DNA of 61,991 nt, counting the filler, from Sanchytrium tribonematis (taxonomy: Eukaryota): assembly GCA_018985235.1 (NCBI GenBank). It is 10 parts of 10 records of this genome, joined end to end, with 100 filler letters (N's around TTAATTAATTAA, not from the genome) between each part and the next. Parts side by side here need not be neighbours in the genome. Positions count along the whole stretch, not along the records: positions 43,573 to 49,652 come from JADGIG010000556.1; positions 49,753 to 55,823 come from JADGIG010000557.1; 8 more parts are not named here. The stretch is one strand, 5' to 3'. Positions within the stretch are counted from its first letter, which is position 1; each line of letters begins with the position of its first letter. Below, piece by piece: positions 44,041 to 54,196 of the stretch. Both the position numbers and the translations under genes were made by a program. Below the pieces are notes generated by a model. That model ran no database searches and had not been told where the DNA came from. It was given only the letters and a program-made list of their open reading frames with translations.

Positions 44041-45347
44041 ATGCTATTTCAATCTCTAGTATTTTCAATTGAATGCGGACTCATTAATGGAGTAGCTACC
44101 AAGTGCTCAGTCGGTGGATGTTCCCAATGGGGTTGGTGCGGAACCGGAGCTGCATATCAATCTGGATTATGTCAATCTCAGTATTCTGCTCCAAATGGAT
44201 GTAATCCAATCGTCACCAGCATCCCATCTGGTAGTACCATATCCACAGATGGTCTCTGTGGTTTAACAAACTCTAAAAAGTATTGCCCAGATCAGCAATG
44301 TTGTTCTCAATGGGGTACTTTTCATTTATTTAGGTTATTGCGGTACTACTGCACCATATTGTGGAACTGCTTGTCAAACTGGATTTGGTAAATGTACTGG
44401 AACTACCCCTCCACCCACTCCTCCATCTCAAAGCCCATCTCAAAGCCCTTCAGCTTCTCCAAAGCCATCAGCATCACCATCCCCTAGCCCAAGCCCATCT
44501 CCTCCACCTACCACCCCTCCTCCAACTGTCAAATTAGTAACTCCATTTGCGCAATGTAAAAATCCTAAACATGTCGCTTTGACATTTGATGATGGCCCAT
44601 CTGATAACATCACCCCACAAGTCTTTACTTTACTTGAGAAATTGAATATTCCAATTACATTCTTTCAAATCGGTTCCAACATTGCTCAAAACAAAGTAGG
44701 GGCAGCTGCTATTAAAAGCGCATTAGCCAGAAGACCAGATCTCTACACGATTGCCGTACACACATGGCACCATTTTGACTCTTCAGATATCATGAAGAAT
44801 CCTGGTAAATATAATACTGGCTCTGCTGGTAGTTTATACGCTGATAATGCAGATGCAGCACTTTACAAAGGATTAACAGGTGCACAAATCTTGCAATTAG
44901 AAATTAAAAGAACCAGTGATTTAATTCAAAGCACTTATGGCGTTAAAAAGCCAGCATTATTTCGTCCTCCGTATTTTCAATTAATTTAGTTATGGAGAAT
45001 GTAGTTATGGCGCATTAGATGTATTTAACAAATTGGGATTAAATACTGTTGTCTGGTCTATTGATTCAAGTGATTGGGCTGCTGGTACCACTGCCAGCAA
45101 GGTTTACAATAATATTCAGACTCAATTGGGACAAGATCCTGCAAATCACGAAGTAGCTGTAATTGATGCAAATGGAGTATCTCATTTACCTACCATGGGA
45201 TTCCAATTTGGTCAAATTGTCTTGTGTCACGATTTATACTCATTTTGTTCCATTGATGATTTACAGAGTATTTATAATTTGTTTACTGGCAAAGGATTTA
45301 CATTTGTAGACTTGGCAACTTGTTTAAATGTACCTGCATATCAATAA
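44041..45347 (+). CDS. Chitin/polysaccharide deacetylase (CE4) with two hevein/CBM18 domains, 3 exons (44041-44314, 44334-44970, 44990-45347)
   Basis: CSQWGWCG and CCSQWGYCG, Pro/Ser linker, TFDDGP, HTWHH, RPPYG, DSSDW, LCHD. Confidence 0.93.
44315..44333 (+). other. 19-nt intron (GTACTTTTCATTTATTTAG)
   Basis: Restores the hevein motif CCSQWG/YCGTTAPYCG. Confidence 0.93.
44971..44989 (+). other. 19-nt intron (GTATTTTCAATTAATTTAG)
   Basis: Restores CE4 motif 3 FRPP/YG and joins the 45033 ORF in frame. Confidence 0.93.
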
Positions 45348-45377
45348 ATTGATGAATGTACGACTCCCTTCTAAACA

Positions 45378-45842
45378 ATGTTTGTGCCACTGGATCGACC
45401 CAAACATGCCATACCCAAAAAGAAGAGAGATCCAATTATACCGGATATTAAGAATGTGAATTATAAAGATGTGCAGTATATGAGAGAGATACATTCAAAA
45501 TATTTGAAGCATGTCATGTGTAAAAATGGGAAATGGATTAATGAGAGTGAATTGAATTTGACAATCTTAAAATGCGCATTGGAAGGTGCATTTGTGACTA
45601 TAGTAGATAGCAAACAATCAAGTTATATTGGAGTGAGTGGGATTGTATTAATGGAATTGAAAAATGCATTTGTCATTTGCAATGAAGATGGGAATAAAAT
45701 GATTTTGAAGCGGAATATCAAGATGGAAATGATATTTAAATATAAAGATGATGAAATGATAGCCACTTTATATGGAAATGGGTTGATAAATAGAGGCATT
45801 AATAAGAAATATAAACCACAAAATACAATTGAATTTCAATAA
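45378..45842 (+). CDS. POP4: RNase P/MRP subunit Pop4/Rpp29
   Basis: LKCALEGAFVTIVDSKQSSYIGVSGIVLMELKNAFVI...LYGNGL. Confidence 0.85.
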   Translation: MFVPLDRPKHAIPKKKRDPIIPDIKNVNYKDVQYMREIHSKYLKHVMCKNGKWINESELNLTILKCALEGAFVTIVDSKQSSYIGVSGIVLMELKNAFVICNEDGNKMILKRNIKMEMIFKYKDDEMIATLYGNGLINRGINKKYKPQNTIEFQ

Positions 45843-45844
45843 AT

Positions 45845-46681
45845 TTACTTAAAAAAGCGAGATATAAATGTGGATCTTTTACCACTAATAAATGTATGCT
45901 GCATTGCTTTCTTACAATTAAGCCGCTTTTGGGGTACCCGACAAAGCATACCATTCATAAATGATTTTATAGGAAGTGGTAAATTGCCAGGTAATTTAAA
46001 TTCCAAAGTGTTCCGCCGTATGGCTTCAAAATCATTAGATTCATCATAAAATGGATTACAATTATATATCATTTCATAAATAACAACACCCAATGCCCAC
46101 ATATCTGATTTTAAAGGACTATATTTTTTACCCATTAATTGCTCTGGAGCAAGATAAGTCGGTGATCCAAGTGATCCAGTCGTATATTTAGATTTGCACA
46201 CTGTAGCACATCCAAAATCACCCAATACTAATTCGATTTCACCATTATTTTGAGTCAAAAAGATATTTTCACTCTTAATATCATTATGTGCAATATTCAT
46301 TGAATGGCACGCACTCAATCCAATTAATAGCTGCTTTGTAAATATCTGGACTTGCATCAACTCCAAAGCACCATTTGCATTCAAATACATATTCAAATCT
46401 CCCATTTCGTAGCATTTTAACACCAAATGCAAATATCTAGATTCCCAAAAGATATCATACAATTCAACTACATGTGGCGCATTTTGAAGTTGTTTCAATG
46501 CAAATACCTCCCTTTGGAATCCCTCCAAGCAATAATAATCAGTAGAATTCATTTTTTTAACAATCACTACTTTTTCATTAATTTTACTCTTGTAAATACT
46601 CCCAAATCCTCCCTGTTGATAGTATTCCAAATGTTCTAATGATTGCATGGATTCTTTTTGAATATTTTGAATGGGAATCAT
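45845..46681 (-). CDS. Ser/Thr protein kinase
   Basis: GGFGSIY, IVKK, HNDIKSEN, DFG, GSPTYLAPE, DMWALG. Confidence 0.95.
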   Translation of the reverse strand: MIPIQNIQKESMQSLEHLEYYQQGGFGSIYKSKINEKVVIVKKMNSTDYYCLEGFQREVFALKQLQNAPHVVELYDIFWESRYLHLVLKCYEMGDLNMYLNANGALELMQVQIFTKQLLIGLSACHSMNIAHNDIKSENIFLTQNNGEIELVLGDFGCATVCKSKYTTGSLGSPTYLAPEQLMGKKYSPLKSDMWALGVVIYEMIYNCNPFYDESNDFEAIRRNTLEFKLPGNLPLPIKSFMNGMLCRVPQKRLNCKKAMQHTFISGKRSTFISRFFK

Positions 46682-47110
46682 TTGTATTTGTTTTGGTTTG
46701 TAGGGGATTTTTGGAGATTTAAACCGTGAATGACACATTTTGATTGGCCATCGTGATTGGTAAATTGGTAATTACATGTGGGCAAATTAGATGGCAGTAT
46801 TGATGGATCGACAGGACTCTTTATTAGATACCATAAATTGCCAATTTTCAGTTGGTCCCTCGCTGCACGTGGAGAAGATTTGTTTGATACGTGATCAACA
46901 AATCATCAAACTAGTGATAAATGGCAAATGATTGCCAGAAATGTACCCATTGAGTTACATTGTCAAGTTGTCATGATATCCAATTCATCGTCACGCGCAA
47001 TCAAATCATTCACGAAAATACAATTTATCTGAGATCCAATGAAATATCAAAATAGGTCTGTTGCATTCCTGCCATCGTCTATTTAATCATCACGCGCATC
47101 CCAAGTCAAT

Positions 47111-48292
47111 ATGCTGCTGACATTCCTTCAAGTACTTGCAAATCCAATTGCATATCCAGAACCAGAACCAGAATCAGACACAAACGTATTCATGGGCTAT
47201 ACAACTAATTGGGACTTTGACACCACCAAAATTCCAGAATATTTGACCCATATCATGCACGCATTTGCCAAAATCAGTGAAGATGGCACCGTTTCACCAG
47301 ATGCCAAAGATATTGGAAAACCAGATGGATGCAAAATCGATGGCTATTACGCACAATTAAATGAGATTAAACGAAAACAAGGCAGTAAAATCTCATTATC
47401 CATTGGTGGATGGACATATAGAGAACAATTTAAACCAGTTTTAACAGATGAAAAGAAAAGACGTGTTTTTGTGGTTTCTGCGATTGAATTGATGTTGGAT
47501 GGTGGATTCGATGGAATTGACTTGGATTGGGAATATCCACAAGATTTGACAGAGGGACAAGTATACGTAGACACTTTAAAAGATTTAAGAGAAGCATTAG
47601 ACAAAAAAGGAACTTATTTATTAACAAGTGCCATTCCAATTTCTGTGGACACATTAACCAATTTCAAATTGATGGAAGCTAAAGAATATGTGGATTGGTT
47701 CAATGTCATGAATTATGATGGCGCTAATGGCGAAACTGCATCTCCATTTAGTGCAGTCTATCCAGGTCCTTCTACGCGCACAAAAGTTGCAAATTTCAGA
47801 GATGCACTTAAATATATGCAAGGATTAGGTGTTGAGAATTCAAAAATCGTACTAGGCATTCCATTATATGGTAAATCTTACAATATTGCAAAGGATTTAG
47901 ATTCTGATAAAATCATAGATGCTAAATTATTGGATAACAAACCAACTGATCTAACGCATAGTGAAATAGTGGATTTAACCAATAAAGGGGGCTATGAGAA
48001 ATACGAGGATGAACCCACTAGATCTGTTTATTTATATAATAAGGCAGAAGGGAAATTCGTTACATTTGATGACAAGTCCACAGCTGAGAATAAAGCGCAA
48101 CTAGTTCATAATGAGGGACTAAGAGGCGTCTTCTTTTGGGAATTAGGGCAAGATACCGTGCAAGAAGATGGGGTCATTGCAACAGCTAGAGGCACATTTT
48201 CAAGAAGTGTCTTTCAACGAAATATTGATTTTGTCAAAAAAACACCAGAGACATGCACTAGTGGCACAGGCAAATACTGCAATATTTGCTAG
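47111..48292 (+). CDS. Secreted GH18 chitinase
   Basis: SIGGWT, catalytic FDGIDLDWEYP, NVMNYD, GVFFWEL. Confidence 0.96.
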   Translation: MLLTFLQVLANPIAYPEPEPESDTNVFMGYTTNWDFDTTKIPEYLTHIMHAFAKISEDGTVSPDAKDIGKPDGCKIDGYYAQLNEIKRKQGSKISLSIGGWTYREQFKPVLTDEKKRRVFVVSAIELMLDGGFDGIDLDWEYPQDLTEGQVYVDTLKDLREALDKKGTYLLTSAIPISVDTLTNFKLMEAKEYVDWFNVMNYDGANGETASPFSAVYPGPSTRTKVANFRDALKYMQGLGVENSKIVLGIPLYGKSYNIAKDLDSDKIIDAKLLDNKPTDLTHSEIVDLTNKGGYEKYEDEPTRSVYLYNKAEGKFVTFDDKSTAENKAQLVHNEGLRGVFFWELGQDTVQEDGVIATARGTFSRSVFQRNIDFVKKTPETCTSGTGKYCNIC

Positions 48293-48329
48293 ATTTTAAT
48301 AAAAGAATATCATTAAACACGGAGTGAAA

Positions 48330-48848
48330 ATGGCAAATCACTTTCACAATTCTCTTCAATCTCTATTTCAATCCAATTCACAAATACCAGATCTTATCAA
48401 AGAATATATATTCTATTTAGTAGCTAATCAAAATAAAATGTACGCACATGAAATCCAACAAATGTATTCGCATCAATATGAATATTATCTTGCAGAAATG
48501 ACAAATCACTACAAAATCAAATCCCATAAAGATGGATTCTTTATAATAGATAATGACAAGCATAAACTAGTCAAAATTGCATTAATCGGTGGTCATTTGC
48601 CATTTTTAGACCATTTTAGAAAATTAGATTTATTGCCAAATTACAATTTACTCATGTATTTGATTATTAAATATGGTAATTTGGAAATATTCCAATGGGC
48701 TATCGCGCATCAATTAGATGTAGATACCAGTGTCTTCCATTTCGCTAAAATATTAAATAATTGGGTGATTTTAGAATATATACAGGATACCAAAATGGAT
48801 AAAGAAAATAACAGGACACATTTCTCATTCGCATTAGACGAAGCATAA
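48330..48848 (+). CDS. Hypothetical protein with degenerate ankyrin-like repeats
   Basis: ALIGGHLPFL and IIKYGNLEIFQW motifs. Confidence 0.55.
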   Translation: MANHFHNSLQSLFQSNSQIPDLIKEYIFYLVANQNKMYAHEIQQMYSHQYEYYLAEMTNHYKIKSHKDGFFIIDNDKHKLVKIALIGGHLPFLDHFRKLDLLPNYNLLMYLIIKYGNLEIFQWAIAHQLDVDTSVFHFAKILNNWVILEYIQDTKMDKENNRTHFSFALDEA

Positions 48849-48853
48849 ATTAT

Positions 48854-49652
48854 TTATTGAACAGATAAATAAATAGAATCTTCTTTCGCTTTTCGTTTTG
48901 CTCTAAATTTACTTAAATTGGTTAATAAATATTGAACAATTGCACCAAATATCATTGCAGACAAGACGACTCTTATAATTTTAGTAAATGTGAAATCAAT
49001 GACTGAAAAATGAGCAATTCCATTATATTCCTTGTCTGAGATCGTAGTGCTCTCAATCCCGTATTCAAATGTGGTTAATTTTGATGAAATAGTAGTGATT
49101 TCTGTTGTTTTTGCCTTGAAAATCACTCGAGTTGGAATTACAGTTGGTGATTTGGTGGGTGGAGCATTGACTGTTAATACTTTGTCTATTGTCTCAACTC
49201 GTACAGTGGTTGGTAAATCACTAGAAATGCTGGCAATATCACTACTTTGCAATGTTTCACTGGGAGATGTCGTCTGCAATGCCATTATTTTAGTTTGTCC
49301 CAAATGGTCCATTTTACAAATACCTGCTAAATACAAAACAGTCTCAACTGTAAACACATTATTAGAAATATCACAAAATGTCAAAGATGACTGATTTAAA
49401 CTTATATAAACAAGTGCATTATTCTTCACATTCAATTTAACCACATTATAGATCTCTAATCCATCAAAATAGTTATTAGATAGATCCAATGATTTGATAG
49501 ATATAGTCAAATTGCCATTTAATTGATTATTAGACACATTAAATTCATTTCTCGTAATATTAGCATTTAATTGCATATTGCCATAAATCATGTTATTTTG
49601 AGCATAAAATACTTGTAATTGATCACCAATATATGGTAATGCATCATTGATA
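48854..49652 (-). CDS. LRR surface protein, 3' part (same family as 24957-27382)
   Basis: LDLSNNYF, LTFCDISNN cap, S/T stalk, TM helix, basic tail. Confidence 0.85.
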
Positions 49653-49752
49653 NNNNNNNNNNNNNNNNNNNNNNNNNNNNNNNNNNNNNNNNNNNNTTAA
49701 TTAATTAANNNNNNNNNNNNNNNNNNNNNNNNNNNNNNNNNNNNNNNNNNNN

Positions 49753-50268
49753 ATCACACCAATTTTTAAAGGCTGGATAATATTCTAAATCAGTAGTGTC
49801 ACATGCATCTTTCAAAATGCTGTGGAAATGTTTGCAATCTTCCGAGTATAAGATAGACGGTGTTAGGTCACAACCACCTCCAAACCAAAATTGGGGTTCA
49901 TTGTCGTTTTTTTCTTCAATCATTTCAAAATAACGGTAGTTCAAGTGAACGGTTGGAGCATGCGGATTGTGTGGATGAAAAACAAGAGAGATTCCTGCCG
50001 CGAAAAATTTGACCTCATCAGATTCGATTTCTTTTCCTCTTGATTTCATTTGTTGTATCGCACTTTTTGTCAAGGTCCCTTCAACGACACTTACTCCACA
50101 TCCAGCTTTTTCAAAAATCTTACCTTTTTGTAAAACCATTGTCCTTCCAAACCCGCCTTCTTTTCGCTCCCATTCGTCCACCTTGAATTGGTTACCATCT
50201 ATCTCTGCCATTTTTTCACAAATTTCTGATTGTAATTTCAAAACGTAATTTTGCATCTGTAATCTCAT
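49753..50268 (-). CDS. HEM13: Coproporphyrinogen III oxidase, 5' part
   Basis: FEKAGCGVS, ISLVFHPHNPHAPTVHLNYRYF, WFGGGCDLTP. Confidence 0.96.
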
Positions 50269-50441
50269 TTGTTTGTCGTTTACAATTCTCCGATTGTCCC
50301 AATGCAATCGATAAAAATAAGTCGGAATTTTTCTGCACTATATCACCAAACTCCATACGATTTTCAATTGAACGCATCTGAATTAGCAATCGCTACTACA
50401 GAGTGCGTCCCCATTTGTATTTGCCAATCTAATTATTGGAT

Positions 50442-50560
50442 AGCTACGGCCATACACACCTGGAAACACCTGATCCTGTCAAATTTCAGAAGTTAAGCAG
50501 GTGCTGGCATGGTTAGTACTGCCATCGGAGACGGGGTGGGAATCCCATGTGCTGTAGCTT
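50442..50560 (+). rRNA. 5S rRNA gene (dispersed, divergent)
   Basis: AGCTACGGCCATAC start, GAAGTTAAGC, GGTTAGTACT, GGGAATCC...GCTGTAGCT end; helix I pairs; ~119 nt; T-run terminator follows. Confidence 0.93.
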
Positions 50561-50640
50561 TTGCCTTTTGCGATGTTTTTAACTTGATAGGAATCTAGCC
50601 TTAACTTATTTCTGAATATCTCCTGTATCAAATTTACAAT

Positions 50641-50793
50641 ATGCCAAAAACAAATATTGAAATGATTGATGATTTGACTGTAGAGGATATGCTTAAATAT
50701 ATTGAGGTATTACAAAATGTTCCAATTGGGATTTTGGTGGAAAGATACAAAAAATTCAAGGATACAGCCAAAGTACAAGATTTATTCAGTTGA
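50641..50793 (+). CDS. Possible 50-aa microprotein
   Basis: MPKTNIEMIDDLTVEDMLKYIEVLQNVPIGILVERYKKFKDTAKVQDLFS; AATAAA shortly after the stop. Confidence 0.35.
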   Translation: MPKTNIEMIDDLTVEDMLKYIEVLQNVPIGILVERYKKFKDTAKVQDLFS

Positions 50794-50826
50794 AAAAACA
50801 AAAATAAAATTGTAACTTACAATACT

Positions 50827-51423
50827 TCAAGATTTTAATGGAATGATGCTGGGCCATTCTTTGATATTGAATATATCAAATTCCTTTTTGATCAACGAAA
50901 ACCATGGAGTCAACACCGATTCATCCATATTTTGAATCTCCACTGCATTACACCACCGAATTGCATTGACTTCTTCCCTATCAAATGGAATAAGTTTTTG
51001 ATGTATATGTGCAGTATAGATATGGTCTAGTTCATGCTCACCCCAATCTTTTTCGAGAGCCTTGTACAGAATTTTTCCTTTAAACTTAAGATTTTTTGGT
51101 ATTATTCCTAACTCTTGCACGCACTTTCGTTGTATTGCAGAATATACATCTTCCTCATTGTTATTTATACGAAGTGGATGACTGCAACACGAATTGGCCC
51201 ATTTTAATGGCCAAGTGACTTTATTTTCGGATCTTTGCTGCAATAAAATCTGATTTTCGTGGAATATAAATACGGAAAAAGCTCTATGAAGCGGCAGTCC
51301 TTTGCTTACCAAATGACAGTCTTCTTTCGAAGCATATCCTAAGCTTTTGTCACACTGATCAACTAATATGCAAAACTCATTTTTTAAAAATTGCAGCTGC
51401 TTCGAGTTTACTTTTTGCAGCAT
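50827..51423 (-). CDS. IDI1: Isopentenyl-diphosphate delta-isomerase type 1
   Basis: LHRAFSVFIF, LLQQRS, WANSCCSHP, WGEHELDH, TPWF. Confidence 0.96.
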   Translation of the reverse strand: MLQKVNSKQLQFLKNEFCILVDQCDKSLGYASKEDCHLVSKGLPLHRAFSVFIFHENQILLQQRSENKVTWPLKWANSCCSHPLRINNNEEDVYSAIQRKCVQELGIIPKNLKFKGKILYKALEKDWGEHELDHIYTAHIHQKLIPFDREEVNAIRWCNAVEIQNMDESVLTPWFSLIKKEFDIFNIKEWPSIIPLKS

Positions 51424-51441
51424 AAAAGGGGAACAGACTAT

Positions 51442-52254
51442 CTAAATATTTATTCCTGCAGACTTGAGTCGCTCTTCGTATTCCGAGGACATTTTAAAAT
51501 ATTTTCCCAAATATTTCGCTGAATTCTCACTAATCCAAACAAGCAAATTTTCTGTAAATTGCTGAAACTCTTCTTCTACGCCTTTTTCTACATTATTTAA
51601 TGGCATTAGAGAGGGCAAAATTGTGAATAAACGCAAAAAGTGTTGTAACCCATAAATGTTGCTACTCTTAAAATCTTTCTCCTTTAGGAAATCTTGGTAT
51701 TGAATTCGCTCTTGGAGGTAAAGCAAATTTGAACCCAAACTATGATCAAAGTATGACACTAAGCCGTCTAAATATTCATGTATGTAAAAAAAGGTATCTG
51801 TGACAGACTCTTTGTAGGTTTCAATAATTGCGGAAACAGAATGTTCATAAGTGACAAGATTTCTATCTACTGCTATTTGTTCTCTATCATCTAGAAGAAT
51901 TTCTTTAAGACTATCGGGTATGCTGAAGTATAATGTAGTACGCACAGGTACAAATTTGGCTTCCTGGCTACTTTTGGATCCCTTTCTTGACTTTCGAGGT
52001 TCATATCTCTTTTTAGTTTTACTATTGGCAAGAGAAAGCTGCTTTTGCAATTCCTTGTTTTCTAGAGTCAATTCGAGCAAGTTGCTTGGATCATACCATT
52101 CATCAAATCTATTGCTCCAGCCATGGTAGTGAACCAGGTAACATTTTTCAGCATTTGGATTAACTTCTGATATTTTTGCTTTATAGAGAAGGTCGCCATA
52201 GTAAGCCAGCACGGAATCTGATTGTTTAAATTGCAATTCCCTTTGATTTGACAT
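51442..52254 (-). CDS. EAF3: Eaf3/MRG15 chromo-barrel plus MRG domain protein
   Basis: LLYKAKI, YLVHYHGWSNRFDEW, LLYLQERIQY, YGLQHFLRLF. Confidence 0.93.
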   Translation of the reverse strand: MSNQRELQFKQSDSVLAYYGDLLYKAKISEVNPNAEKCYLVHYHGWSNRFDEWYDPSNLLELTLENKELQKQLSLANSKTKKRYEPRKSRKGSKSSQEAKFVPVRTTLYFSIPDSLKEILLDDREQIAVDRNLVTYEHSVSAIIETYKESVTDTFFYIHEYLDGLVSYFDHSLGSNLLYLQERIQYQDFLKEKDFKSSNIYGLQHFLRLFTILPSLMPLNNVEKGVEEEFQQFTENLLVWISENSAKYLGKYFKMSSEYEERLKSAGINI

Positions 52255-52313
52255 TGTTCAGTTCCAAGGAGTTTCAAACTGATGAAAGTAACGCAAATAG
52301 GTCACTTCACAAA

Positions 52314-53084
52314 ATGGATTGGCTTGGGATTGGATTGCCTTTCAAACAGGTAGATTTCTTGCTGGAACATCAATTTAATTTAGAAATAGAAAGACTGTAT
52401 CATTTAAAGAGACTTTCCTATATACCAGAAATTTTGCATCGTTCCATTCATTCAACGTTTTTTCAAGAGTTTATTTCGACTTTTGACTTGAATACAATGA
52501 CAGAAGCACAGGCATCATATGGAATAGAATGGCTTACTATTTTGTGCAGGGAGCATCAAGTTATACCATATATTCGAAAATTGCCACTACAAGAAATGAT
52601 TTGCAATTCTCACCAAAATGTGAGGAAAGCATCTTACAAACTTCTTTCATCTGTATTGAAGATAGCAATTCACGACGATGACTCTCTCTTTTTTTCAAAT
52701 TCACTTCACAAATTTGTTCTAAATGAATGTTTGAACTCAGTCGAGTCGTTAGCCTTTGATGATTGTAAACTGATTGAATCTATGTTCATATGTTTGAGCT
52801 TATTTATTTTTGGATATAATCAAAATAATGACTCCGCATTGTTAAATCCGAATGACTTTGAGAAATTGGGAATTTTACTGACAAATACTTCCAATTTAAG
52901 TGTGCATCGGCTATTGGTGATTTATTTGAAAAATCTAGCTTTTTTCCAGTTTTATAGAAATATAATTTACAATTGTTCGATGCTGGACAAAATCAGAGAA
53001 TGTCGCTCTTCTCCCGAGGTTGACGCTCTTAAGCAGCTACTCTCTGTTGATCCAAGACTTAAGCGTTTGTTGGAAATAAATTGA
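52314..53084 (+). CDS. Hypothetical helical (ARM/HEAT-like) protein
   Basis: Leu-rich helical ORF; no firm family. Confidence 0.6.
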   Translation: MDWLGIGLPFKQVDFLLEHQFNLEIERLYHLKRLSYIPEILHRSIHSTFFQEFISTFDLNTMTEAQASYGIEWLTILCREHQVIPYIRKLPLQEMICNSHQNVRKASYKLLSSVLKIAIHDDDSLFFSNSLHKFVLNECLNSVESLAFDDCKLIESMFICLSLFIFGYNQNNDSALLNPNDFEKLGILLTNTSNLSVHRLLVIYLKNLAFFQFYRNIIYNCSMLDKIRECRSSPEVDALKQLLSVDPRLKRLLEIN

Positions 53085-53120
53085 AGTAATTCTATATTTT
53101 TTGCCGTCAAACTCTGAAAC

Positions 53121-54188
53121 ATGAAAGATGACAGTTTAAATGATCAAAGTTTGGTCAAAATTTTTAATCAAATTAATAAAGAGACAAATCATCAAAAAAT
53201 ACATGATCATTACCAAAAGAAAATAAAAAAGCTTTATCAAGAATTAATTAAATATAAATACGACAGAAATATTCAACATGAGAAATCCGATTCCCGATTG
53301 AAATTGAATGAAAATGAGAAAGCTTTACATGATTTAAAAAATCTGAACCATAGACCCAGTGGATTTGTAAATAAAAAAATTGCAACTAGAGCACTGATGG
53401 CCCAAGATAAGTTGGCTTATTACGGTCAAGCTCTAGCAGAAGAAGACATTGATATGACGTGGATTCAGTTATGTACCTTGCTAAAAGTGACCGACAAAAA
53501 ACAAGTTCTTCGTACCGTCAAAGGATACCACGATAAGTTGCCAAATTACTTAAATTTGAAAGAAACGTTAGTTACTTTGATAAATACGGTGGATCCTCTT
53601 GGAGCGATTGTGCCTATGAGCTCGAGGAATAGTGACGAGTGTTTGAAGTACTCTGAGAGACTGATTAAGCATATTACTAAGATTGCTGAACATACCGCAC
53701 ATACCAAACCAACATTGCTGACTCCAAGTAGAGAACCACTGCCAGTAAGAAATTCTTTACCCTCGAAAAGCAAATCTAGAGACTTCACACTGTCAAAAAA
53801 ATCCAGCGTTCATTCTTTGCCGAAATCTGTTCAGACTCTTCCCAAAAAATCTTCCCAAGCTAATCTGAAAAGAGATTCAAAATCTGATATTCGGTTGAGT
53901 GTTAGCAAAGATAGTCCGAACAAAGTGACGAGTCCTGTTTCTGCTATCGATTCTCACAGAGACGACATTTCAGTAACATCTTCTATGATTGATCGTATAA
54001 TCAATGAAGTACCTACGGAACAACGCGATGAAGTATCAAACGCTTCTTTTGGTTCTAATCTTGACAATAGCTTCCTTGACCAATTTGCAAATCAGTCATT
54101 CAGAGACGATTCTTTAAATACCAGCTTTCTCAATAACATTTCAAGATTCAAAACAGATAAACAAGGATCTTCTGTTTCTGATTTATAA
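53121..54188 (+). CDS. Hypothetical coiled-coil protein with Ser-rich tail
   Basis: 355-aa ATG ORF; converges on the SAS-6 gene with an 8-nt gap. Confidence 0.7.
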   Translation: MKDDSLNDQSLVKIFNQINKETNHQKIHDHYQKKIKKLYQELIKYKYDRNIQHEKSDSRLKLNENEKALHDLKNLNHRPSGFVNKKIATRALMAQDKLAYYGQALAEEDIDMTWIQLCTLLKVTDKKQVLRTVKGYHDKLPNYLNLKETLVTLINTVDPLGAIVPMSSRNSDECLKYSERLIKHITKIAEHTAHTKPTLLTPSREPLPVRNSLPSKSKSRDFTLSKKSSVHSLPKSVQTLPKKSSQANLKRDSKSDIRLSVSKDSPNKVTSPVSAIDSHRDDISVTSSMIDRIINEVPTEQRDEVSNASFGSNLDNSFLDQFANQSFRDDSLNTSFLNNISRFKTDKQGSSVSDL

Positions 54189-54196
54189 ATATTTTA

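Noticed and set aside
44400..44525. CCA/TCT-rich tandem-like repeats
   Set aside because: They encode the Pro/Ser linker of the chitin deacetylase once the 19-nt intron is removed
50269..50496. 75-aa ORF upstream of HEM13
   Set aside because: Non-ATG start, overlaps the 5S rRNA gene and the HEM13 upstream region, and has no motifs
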